A stretch of 26,907 nt of DNA from Candidatus Latescibacterota bacterium (GTDB lineage: Bacteria; Latescibacterota; UBA2968; UBA8231): NCBI GenBank assembly GCA_016187725.1, contig JACPJE010000266.1, forward strand, positions 1 to 26,907, read 5' to 3'. Below the pieces are notes generated by a model. The model did not search any database and was not told the origin of the DNA. It saw only the letters and a program-made list of their open reading frames with translations. This document shows, piece by piece, positions 18,248 through 24,653 of the stretch. Position 1 is the stretch's first letter. Each line of letters begins with the position of its first letter. Made by a program: the position numbers and the translations under genes.

Positions 18248-18260
18248 TGAGGAGGAAAAC

Positions 18261-18305
18261 ATGGGCATCCGCGTCAGGGATTGCTCACAACATGAGGTGA
18301 GATGA
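18261..18305 (+). CDS. 14-codon upstream ORF (MGIRVRDCSQHEVR) translationally coupled to the GH36-like gene
   Basis: Strong SD GGAGG at 18251-18255, 5 nt before ATG 18261. Its TGA (18303-18305) overlaps the downstream ATG (18302-18304) as ATGA. The downstream gene has no properly spaced SD of its own. Confidence 0.3.
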   Translation: MGIRVRDCSQHEVR

Positions 18306-20296
18306 TGGACACTGCCATCGTACCTAGCACCAAACCCGAGGACATGGCGCAGAGCCGGGCCTGGACAGGGGGCTTCTTCGCCAGCGCCACCGACCTCCCC
18401 ATCTCGTTTGTACTCGACGGGAAAGCCCTAAAGGGCATTCCCGTCGCATGGCATCCGGCGGTGGAGCGCCGCCGCATCGACGCCAATATCTGCGAGACGG
18501 TTTTCGCGGGCGCTGATCCCAGGACGGGCCTGAAGGTCCGGGTCGAATGCACGGAATACCAGGACTACCCGGTCGTCGAATGGGTGGCCTGGTTTGCCAA
18601 CCAGGGAGCGGAGGACACGCCGGTGATCCGCGACATCCTCGCCATGGACGGCGTGTTCGCGGGGCCTTCGCCGGTGCTGCACCATTGCAACGGTGACTTC
18701 TACAGCGAGGAAGGATACACGCCCAGCCAGACGCCTCTGCGCGCCGGAGACCAGGCCGACTTTGCGCCAAACGGGGGCCGCCCCTGCGATGGGGCGTTCC
18801 CCTATTACCGTATCGAGTTTGAAGGCTGCGGCCTGAGCATGGCCGTCGGCTGGCCCGCGCAGTGGGCGGCCAGGTTCGGCGGGCTGGCAGAGGGGGTGCA
18901 GGTCCGGGTGGGTCAGGAAAGGACCGCACTGCGGCTCAGGCCGGGCGAGCGCATCCGCACCCCGCGCGTGACGGTCCTGTCCTGGACCGGGGAGGTCGGC
19001 AGGGCAGTGAACCTGTGGCGGCGGTGGTACCTCGCCCATATCCTTCCCAGGCCCAAGGGGCAGCCGCTGCGCCCGCTGCTGGCCTGCTGCTGCCCTGACG
19101 AAGGCGAGGAATTCACCGCTGCGACCGAGGAGAACCAGCTCCGCTATATCGAGCGTTTCAAGCAGCAGGGCATCCCCTTTGACCTCTGGTGGATCGACGC
19201 CGGATGGTATCCCTGCTACAACAAAGACCGCGAGCGGAAGTGGTGGATCACCGGCACCTGGGAACCTGACCCCGAGCGCTTTCCCCGCGGTCTGAAACCG
19301 GTAGCCGACCGTGCCGCCAGGGAGGGGGCCGACCTGCTGGTCTGGTTCGAGCCCGAAAGGATACAGCCGGGCACCAGGCTCGACGTGGAACGTCCGGAGT
19401 GGCTGCTGAGGGCGAAGGGGAGCGACAACGGCCTGCTGAACCTGGGCGACCCTGAGTGCCGGCGCTGGCTCACGGATCACCTGTGCCGGCTGATCGAGGA
19501 CAACGGCATCAGGATCTACCGGCAGGACCACAACTTCCCGCCCCTGGAACACTGGCGCCAGAACGAGGCCGGAGACCGCCAGGGGATGAACGAGAACCTC
19601 CACGTCCAGGGCTACCTGCAGTTCTGGGACGATTTGCTGGCGCGCAACCCCGGCTTGTGGATCGATTCGTGCTCCAGCGGCGGGCGCCGCAACGACCTGG
19701 AGACCATGCGCCGCTCGGTGCCGCTGCACTACACCGACTACGGGTACGGGGACCATCCGGTAAAGCTGGCCTTCCACCGCACGCTGTACGAGTGGATACC
19801 CTATTTCAAGGAGGCCACCCTCTCCTGGGACCTGGGCGGGAGGGATAAGTTCGACCATCAGGTGGACAGTTACTCCTATCACTGCGCCCTGGCGCCCATG
19901 CTCTTTGCGACGCTGGACATCCGCCGGGACGATTACGACTTTGCCCTGGTCAGGAAGATGATCGGGGTCTGGCGCCGGGCCTCAGACCTGATCTTGCACG
20001 GCGACTACTACCCTCACACGCCCTTCCACCACCGCGCGCAGGCGTGGGTCGCCTGGCAGTTCGACTGCCCGGAACGAGGATGCGGGTTGCTCCAGGGGAT
20101 CCGCCTGCCCGAAGCTCCGGAAGAGGAGATCACCATCCAGCCACAAGGGATGCACCCGGACGCCAGCTATCGCTTCGAGCACGCGGAAACGGGGGAGACC
20201 AGAACGGTCTCGGGCGCAGGGCTGATCCAGGGCGGCTTCACCTTCGCGCTGCCCATACGCAGCGCCGCCCTCTGGTTCTATAAGGAGGTCCGCTGA
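18302..20296 (+). CDS. glycoside hydrolase family 36-like (melibiase/alpha-galactosidase or alpha-GalNAc-ase family) protein, 664 aa
   Basis: GIRIYRQDHN resembles the GH36 KWDMN nucleophile region. DSCSSGGRRNDLETM resembles the GH36 CxGGGR(F/L)D acid/base region. An N-terminal beta-sandwich plus central TIM-barrel layout is implied by the length. Stop TGA 20294-20296. Confidence 0.65.
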   Translation: MMDTAIVPSTKPEDMAQSRAWTGGFFASATDLPISFVLDGKALKGIPVAWHPAVERRRIDANICETVFAGADPRTGLKVRVECTEYQDYPVVEWVAWFANQGAEDTPVIRDILAMDGVFAGPSPVLHHCNGDFYSEEGYTPSQTPLRAGDQADFAPNGGRPCDGAFPYYRIEFEGCGLSMAVGWPAQWAARFGGLAEGVQVRVGQERTALRLRPGERIRTPRVTVLSWTGEVGRAVNLWRRWYLAHILPRPKGQPLRPLLACCCPDEGEEFTAATEENQLRYIERFKQQGIPFDLWWIDAGWYPCYNKDRERKWWITGTWEPDPERFPRGLKPVADRAAREGADLLVWFEPERIQPGTRLDVERPEWLLRAKGSDNGLLNLGDPECRRWLTDHLCRLIEDNGIRIYRQDHNFPPLEHWRQNEAGDRQGMNENLHVQGYLQFWDDLLARNPGLWIDSCSSGGRRNDLETMRRSVPLHYTDYGYGDHPVKLAFHRTLYEWIPYFKEATLSWDLGGRDKFDHQVDSYSYHCALAPMLFATLDIRRDDYDFALVRKMIGVWRRASDLILHGDYYPHTPFHHRAQAWVAWQFDCPERGCGLLQGIRLPEAPEEEITIQPQGMHPDASYRFEHAETGETRTVSGAGLIQGGFTFALPIRSAALWFYKEVR

Positions 20297-20315
20297 CTCC
20301 AGGCCAAGGAGTGTT

Positions 20316-21146
20316 ATGAAATTTCAGGTCTACCAGTCCCTGTGGGGCATGGTGGGGCTCCCTTTCGGCGGAGCAAAGGAATGGACCCTGGAGGAGAAGG
20401 TGGCCAAGATCGCCGAGGCCGGCTTCGACGGGGTGGAGTTCCTCATGGAGGACCCGGCGCACCTCAAGGCCATGCTGCCCCTGGTCGAGAAACACCAGCT
20501 CCGGCGCAGCAATATCGTCTTCCCCTGGACCCCTGAGGAGTTCAAGGCCGACATCCAGGCGGCCCGCGACGGGGGAGCTACCCACATCAACCTGCAGCCC
20601 ATGCCCATGCCGCGCAGTGTGGCAGCCGGGGTGCCCTATCTGGTGCGCTGCATGGACCTGGCCGCAGCGGCGGGTTTTCCGCTCTATATCGAGACCCACC
20701 GCGACCGCATGACCACTGACATGTACTTCACCCTGGACCTGATCGAGGCGGTGCCCGATCTGGTGCTCTGCGGCGATCTGTCGCACTTTCTGGTGGGGCG
20801 GGAGTTCGCCGGCCCGCCGCTCTCCGCTGACAATGACCGCTACATGAAGCAGATCCTGGAACGCTGCGGCGCCTTCCACGGCCGGGTGGCTTCGCGCGAG
20901 CAGGTGCAGGTGCCCATCTCCTTCCCCCATAACAAGGTCTGGCTGGACCTGTACACCAGCTGGTGGGAGTACGGGTTCAGGAAGTTCAAGGAGCGGGCTA
21001 AACCGGAGGATACCCTCACCTTTGTGGTGGAGCTGGGGCCGCCCACCTATGCCCTGCAGGGGGCCGACGGCAAGGAATTGTCCGACCGCTGGCAGGAAGC
21101 GCAGCAGCTCAAGGACCTGGTGTGGGCGATCTGGAAGCGGGTTTGA
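20316..21146 (+). CDS. sugar phosphate isomerase/epimerase (xylose-isomerase-like TIM barrel) family protein, 276 aa
   Basis: ATG 20316 with AAGGAG 4 nt upstream. Family-like segments include GFDGVEFLMED, PLYIETHRDRMTTD and LCGDLSHFLVG. Last gene of the plus-strand operon. Confidence 0.75.
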   Translation: MKFQVYQSLWGMVGLPFGGAKEWTLEEKVAKIAEAGFDGVEFLMEDPAHLKAMLPLVEKHQLRRSNIVFPWTPEEFKADIQAARDGGATHINLQPMPMPRSVAAGVPYLVRCMDLAAAAGFPLYIETHRDRMTTDMYFTLDLIEAVPDLVLCGDLSHFLVGREFAGPPLSADNDRYMKQILERCGAFHGRVASREQVQVPISFPHNKVWLDLYTSWWEYGFRKFKERAKPEDTLTFVVELGPPTYALQGADGKELSDRWQEAQQLKDLVWAIWKRV

Positions 21147-21169
21147 ATTAGAGCGGGCGCTAAAAGAAC

Positions 21170-21211
21170 AGAGCCGCTTCCCCAGCAGGGAGGCAGCTCT
21201 GGTTGTTTGTA
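21170..21211 (+). terminator. putative rho-independent terminator after the isomerase gene
   Basis: CAGAGC-C-GCUUCCC-CAGCA-GGGAGGC-A-GCUCUG forms a stem of about 13 bp (one mismatch, one G-U) followed by GUUGUUUGU. Read by eye; the energy was not computed. Confidence 0.45.
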
Positions 21212-21274
21212 CGGCCGCACGTGGGCGCCGGCGATGCCGCCGCAGCCGATCAGGGCCATCTTTACGCGTTCCAT
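21203..21274 (-). pseudogene. remnant of the 5' end of a Gfo/Idh/MocA-family oxidoreductase gene (about 24 codons)
   Basis: MERVKMALIGCGGIAGAHVRPYKQ matches the Rossmann N-terminus of Gfo/Idh/MocA proteins (IGCGGIA..H). It starts 19 nt after the cNMP-gene stop with a weak AAGAG SD. The frame then degenerates and runs into the convergent isomerase gene about 60 nt later. Confidence 0.4.
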
Positions 21275-21293
21275 CCGCTCTTTTCCGTCCAAC

Positions 21294-21689
21294 TCAGCCG
21301 CTGACGATGTAGCGGATCATCTCTTCCTCCAGCTCACGGATACGGCGCGACAAGGTCTGCAGCAGGCGGTAGCCCAGTTCAGGATTGTCGTGGATCCGGT
21401 GGAGAATGGTCTCCCGGGAGACGGACATGATCTGCACCTCGCCGCGGGCGCGCACGGTGGTGCGGGCGATACTGGGCGAGACGATGCGTTCGAGAAAGGG
21501 GACCTCGCCGAAGAAGCCCCCCTTGCTCAGCACGGCTTTCTGGATCTGCTGGCCCTGGTCCTCGTGCAGAATTTCGACCTGGCCTTCCCTGACGATGTAC
21601 ATGAACTCGCAGACCGAACCCTGCTGGACGATGATCTGGCCGTCCTCATAGGTGTGGATAGTGGGTGCCATGGTGCCATCGCTGGTCAT
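21294..21689 (-). CDS. standalone cyclic-nucleotide-binding (cNMP/Crp-type effector) domain protein, ~125-131 aa
   Basis: GQIIVQQGSVCEFMYIVREGQVEI...GGFFGEVPFLE...ARTTVRARGEVQIMSV is a canonical cNMP-binding beta-roll with no HTH. Start is ATG 21689 or 21671; neither has a good SD. Confidence 0.7.
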   Translation of the reverse strand: MTSDGTMAPTIHTYEDGQIIVQQGSVCEFMYIVREGQVEILHEDQGQQIQKAVLSKGGFFGEVPFLERIVSPSIARTTVRARGEVQIMSVSRETILHRIHDNPELGYRLLQTLSRRIRELEEEMIRYIVSG

Positions 21690-21741
21690 CGAGAGCGGCC
21701 GAATATGGGTGGCAATGCAGGGGCAAGAGGTGCTGCATAAT

Positions 21742-22083
21742 CTAAGGTTGGTTGAGCAAGTTGTCCAACTCCGCTGCCAGCTGCAGCTGGCGGCTTTCTT
21801 TTTCTTCCCGGGTCTGAAGCTCGTCCCTGAGGCGGAAGATCTGCTGCTCGATTTTGTGTTTTTTTAGCTGCAGCTCGGATTTCTGGCGTTCGGCAGCTTC
21901 GCGCTGGAGACGCAGGGCCTTGAACACGGCGATCTGGGCCTGCCACTCTTGCAGCAGGCCCTTCAGTTCCCGCCGTTGCCGGTTGAGCAGACGCTGAATG
22001 AGGATCTTTTCGACGACCACCAGAGCCACGGCCAGGCTGGTGATGTAAAATGCTTCGGCGGTGGAGGGGAGTTCCATAGCCAT
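21742..22083 (-). CDS. membrane-anchored coiled-coil protein (possible C-terminal part of a split RodZ-like protein), 113 aa
   Basis: I placed the start at ATG 22081-22083 (MAMELPSTAEAFYITSLAVALVVVEKIL = one TM), followed by a heptad-like coiled coil. No SD. The same frame stays open and Pro-rich upstream to 22233, overlapping the 3' end of the HTH gene. Confidence 0.5.
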   Translation of the reverse strand: MAMELPSTAEAFYITSLAVALVVVEKILIQRLLNRQRRELKGLLQEWQAQIAVFKALRLQREAAERQKSELQLKKHKIEQQIFRLRDELQTREEKESRQLQLAAELDNLLNQP

Positions 22084-22105
22084 GCTTCCGGGGAGAGGGA
22101 GGGAT

Positions 22106-22429
22106 TCAACGCGAAAGTCCCAGCGCGGCCCAGCGCCGCACCCAGGAGCGGGCCGGGGGAGCCGGTCTGACCTGGGGCGGGGGAGGGGGCGGGCTGCACA
22201 GGGTTTCGAGTTGCTGCACGATGGTGGCGGCATTCAGGTTCAGGTGTTCGGCATAGGAGCGCAGCGCCAGACGGATGTACACCAGTTCCACCACCTCAAA
22301 GGCGCCGGCTTCGAGGTTTTGCAGGATATAGTGACTCAGGCCGGTATGGCGGTGGACCTGCTCCAGGGTCTTGCCCTGTTCTTCGCGCGCCTGTCGCAGG
22401 CGCCATCCTAATTTTGCCTTATCATCCAT
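22106..22429 (-). CDS. helix-turn-helix protein (RodZ-like HTH_25/XRE-type N-terminal domain) with Pro-rich tail, 108 aa
   Basis: ATG 22427-22429 with AGGAGG 6 nt upstream. LGWRLRQAREEQGKTLEQVHRHTGLSHYILQNLEAGAFE...VYIRLALRSYAEHLNL matches the RodZ-type HTH and following helix. C-terminus is SPPPPPPQVRPAPP. Confidence 0.65.
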   Translation of the reverse strand: MDDKAKLGWRLRQAREEQGKTLEQVHRHTGLSHYILQNLEAGAFEVVELVYIRLALRSYAEHLNLNAATIVQQLETLCSPPPPPPQVRPAPPARSWVRRWAALGLSR

Positions 22430-22495
22430 AAATGGCCTCCTCGTCGGTCGGCATGAGGTGAAAACCATCAGTTCTTGCTCGGCCCCTGCCGGGCT

Positions 22496-23092
22496 TCAGG
22501 CGTGGGCGCTGCGGCGCCCGGCGTTGGCCCCAGCCCACAATTCCTCGAGTTTTTGCTCCAGATCTCCCAGGGAGACGGGTTTTTCCAGGCAGCAGTCCGC
22601 CCCGCACTCCAGGGCTTTGCGGACGTTCTCCGGGGTGGCATATCCGGTCAGCACCACGACGATGGCCTGGCGGGTCTGCGGGTTGGACTTGATCCCTCTG
22701 CACACCTTGAAGCCGTCGATATTAGGCATCATGAGGTCGAGGATGACCAGTTCCGGGCAGCCCCCGGCGATCTGGATGCCGGCCTCAAAGCCGTCCGTCG
22801 CGGTGGCGACCTCGTAAGCGTTGGTCTTGCTGAAGAAGGTGCTGAGGAATTTGACGACGGCCGGGTCATCGTCCACGATCAGCACTTTCCTCTGAAGGGC
22901 AGGCCCGGTGAGGGGGGGCAGGTTGTACTCCTTGAGAAATTCCTCAAAGTCGGCGCGGCGGACCCGGTGGTGCCGGCCGGGGGTGGTATAGGCCTTGAGC
23001 TTGCCGCTTTTGATCCACTTGCTGACAGCCTCATAGGAAACGCGGCAATGGGCGGCTATTTCTCCGGTGGTCAGCAGGGCCTTATTTCTCAT
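22496..23092 (-). CDS. response regulator with inverted architecture: N-terminal excisionase/MerR-type HTH (HTH_17-like) plus C-terminal REC receiver domain, 198 aa
   Basis: ATG 23090-23092. LLTTGEIAAHCRVSYEAVSKWIKSGKLKAYTTPGRHHRVRRADFEEFL is an excisionase-family HTH. KVLIVDDDPAVV...LVILDLMMPNIDG...IVVVLTGYA...CLEKP is a REC domain with all conserved residues present: DD, phospho-acceptor D, T, K. No histidine kinase is in the window. Confidence 0.75.
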   Translation of the reverse strand: MRNKALLTTGEIAAHCRVSYEAVSKWIKSGKLKAYTTPGRHHRVRRADFEEFLKEYNLPPLTGPALQRKVLIVDDDPAVVKFLSTFFSKTNAYEVATATDGFEAGIQIAGGCPELVILDLMMPNIDGFKVCRGIKSNPQTRQAIVVVLTGYATPENVRKALECGADCCLEKPVSLGDLEQKLEELWAGANAGRRSAHA

Positions 23093-23111
23093 AGGTCTCC
23101 GGTCTCCGCAA

Positions 23112-23165
23112 TAGGTTGGATAAGTTGGAGAAGATTGAAAGGTTGGAATTTTCTCTAAAGAAAAT
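23112..23165. promoter_or_regulatory. divergent-promoter element: four tandem 9-bp repeats (TAGGTTGGA/TAAGTTGGA/GAAGATTGA/AAGGTTGGA) immediately followed by an 18-bp palindrome ATTTTCTCTAAAGAAAAT
   Basis: Read directly. The AT-rich 179-bp gap lies between the response-regulator start (23092, minus) and the plus-strand ORFs (23272 onward). The palindrome matches in 8 of 9 mirrored positions. Confidence 0.45.
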
Positions 23166-23271
23166 CAAGACCGCGCCCATTGTCAAGGGGCCAGGGAGGG
23201 AGATGCCCTTGCCTTTACCGGCAGCCTTGTCTAAAATGCTGAGGCGATTTCCGGCCAGGAGAGGAGCGGGG

Positions 23272-23355
23272 ATGACGGAAACGGAGCAATACCTGTTCGA
23301 TGTACACGGCTATCTGGTGATCAAAGGCGCCCTGTCTGCACAGAAGGCCGCATGA
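23272..23355 (+). CDS. 27-codon ORF (MTETEQYLFDVHGYLVIKGALSAQKAA) with strong SD, overlapping the start of the next gene; leader peptide or remnant of a PhyH-like N-terminus
   Basis: AGGAGAGGAG at 23257-23266, 5 nt before ATG 23272. TGA 23353-23355 overlaps ATG 23352 (ATGA). The peptide resembles the TxEQxxxFxxxGYLVIxGxLS opening of phytanoyl-CoA-dioxygenase-family proteins. Confidence 0.35.
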   Translation: MTETEQYLFDVHGYLVIKGALSAQKAA

Positions 23356-24650
23356 GAGTCCACGCAGACCTCGGCATCCTCGTCCCCCAGGTGTACCTGC
23401 CCGGGCCGGACATCGACCCGCATCGCTGGGCCGCCATCGCCGTCGACCAGTTCACCTCCCAGCCCGAATACTGGGCACGGGCGGAGCGCATCGTCGCCGA
23501 TGCCCCCTCCACCCTGCGCCTGACCCTGCCCGAGATCTACCTCGAAAAACCCGATGAAACGGAGCGGATCCAAGGTATCCAGGCCGCCATGCGCCAGTAC
23601 CTGGAGGCAGGCGTGCTCCAGCCGCGCGAAGGACTCATCTACGTGGAGCGCACCCTGGGCCACGGAGTCCGCAAGGGCCTCATCCTCGCCCTCGACCTGG
23701 AGCGCTACGACTATACCCGGGGCGCCACCAGCCTCATCCGCGCCACCGAGGGGACCATCGTCGAGCGCCTGCCCCCGCGCCGGAAGATCCGCGCCGGCGC
23801 CGCGCTCGAACTGCCTCATATCCTGGTGCTCATCGACGACCCCGGGCGCACGGTCATCGAGCCGGTGGGTGCGGCCAGGAGCTGGCTGGTAAAACTCTAC
23901 GACTTTGAGCTGATGCTCGGCGGCGGGCGGCTCGCCGGCTATGCCGTGGACGACCTGGCGCAGGAGCAGGCGGTCATCGGAGCCCTGCGCGGTCTGGTCG
24001 GGGGGGCGGGAGGGGAAGCGCTGCTCTTTGCGGTGGGCGATGGCAACCACTCGCTGGCGGCGGCCAAGGTGCTGTGGGAGGAGTTGAAGCCGGCGGTGGG
24101 CATGGACCACCCTGCCCGCTATGCCCTGGTCGAGGTAGTGAACATCCACGACGAGGGATTGAGCTTCGAGCCCATCCACCGGGTGCTCTTCGGGTTGCGG
24201 CAGGATTTCTTCGCCTTCTTGCGGCAATCTTGTGGAGAGCGCCTCACCTGTACGCCCGTGGCCAGCGCCGCAGCGCTGGTGGAACGCGTCGCCGCGGCCA
24301 GGGACGGGGCGGGACATACCGTCGGCCTCGGCGGCGGCGGGAGCGACAGCCCCTTCTGCGCGGTCGAGATCGCCGACCCTGTAGCCAGTCTGCCGGCCGG
24401 CACCATCCAGGATCTGCTCGACGCCTTTATGGAGGCCGGAGGGGCAGAAAAAATCGACTATGTACACGGAGAGGAAGTGACCTTGCGCCTGGGCAGCCAG
24501 CCCGGCAATCTGGGCCTCTGCCTGCCCCACCTGGACAAGGCTGCGCTCTTCAGGACCGTCCGGCGCGACGGGGTCATGCCGCGCAAGACCTTCTCCCTGG
24601 GCGAGGCGCACGAGAAGCGTTTCTACATGGAGGCGCGCAAGATCGCCTGA
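23352..24650 (+). CDS. conserved hypothetical protein, possibly DUF1015 family, 432 aa
   Basis: GC3-biased 1.3-kb ORF. The N-terminal pattern and the LIYVERTLGHGVRKGLILALDLERYDY...ATEGTIVERLPP...LPHILVLIDDP stretch are reminiscent, from my memory of that family, of DUF1015 (COG4198). There is also a GDGNHSLAAAK motif. Confidence 0.5.
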   Translation: MRVHADLGILVPQVYLPGPDIDPHRWAAIAVDQFTSQPEYWARAERIVADAPSTLRLTLPEIYLEKPDETERIQGIQAAMRQYLEAGVLQPREGLIYVERTLGHGVRKGLILALDLERYDYTRGATSLIRATEGTIVERLPPRRKIRAGAALELPHILVLIDDPGRTVIEPVGAARSWLVKLYDFELMLGGGRLAGYAVDDLAQEQAVIGALRGLVGGAGGEALLFAVGDGNHSLAAAKVLWEELKPAVGMDHPARYALVEVVNIHDEGLSFEPIHRVLFGLRQDFFAFLRQSCGERLTCTPVASAAALVERVAAARDGAGHTVGLGGGGSDSPFCAVEIADPVASLPAGTIQDLLDAFMEAGGAEKIDYVHGEEVTLRLGSQPGNLGLCLPHLDKAALFRTVRRDGVMPRKTFSLGEAHEKRFYMEARKIA

Positions 24651-24653
24651 TCC

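Noticed and set aside
15266-19882. ORFs 15266..17434(-), 15843..16727(-) and 18428..19882(-)
   Set aside because: They are antisense to the two glycoside-hydrolase genes and have low-complexity Arg/Gly/Pro translations.
21746-21772. Inverted repeat GGTTGG-N13-CCAAC that shares the GTTGGA motif with the 23112-23147 array
   Set aside because: It lies inside the coding 3' end of the coiled-coil gene (it encodes AELDNLLNQP*). I take it to be a by-product of codon choice, not a regulatory site.
23116-23355. 79-codon TTG-initiated ORF spanning the AT-rich divergent promoter
   Set aside because: Its first 52 codons are just the 9-bp tandem repeats and the palindrome read as protein. Only the last 27 codons, from ATG 23272 with its strong SD, are plausibly translated.
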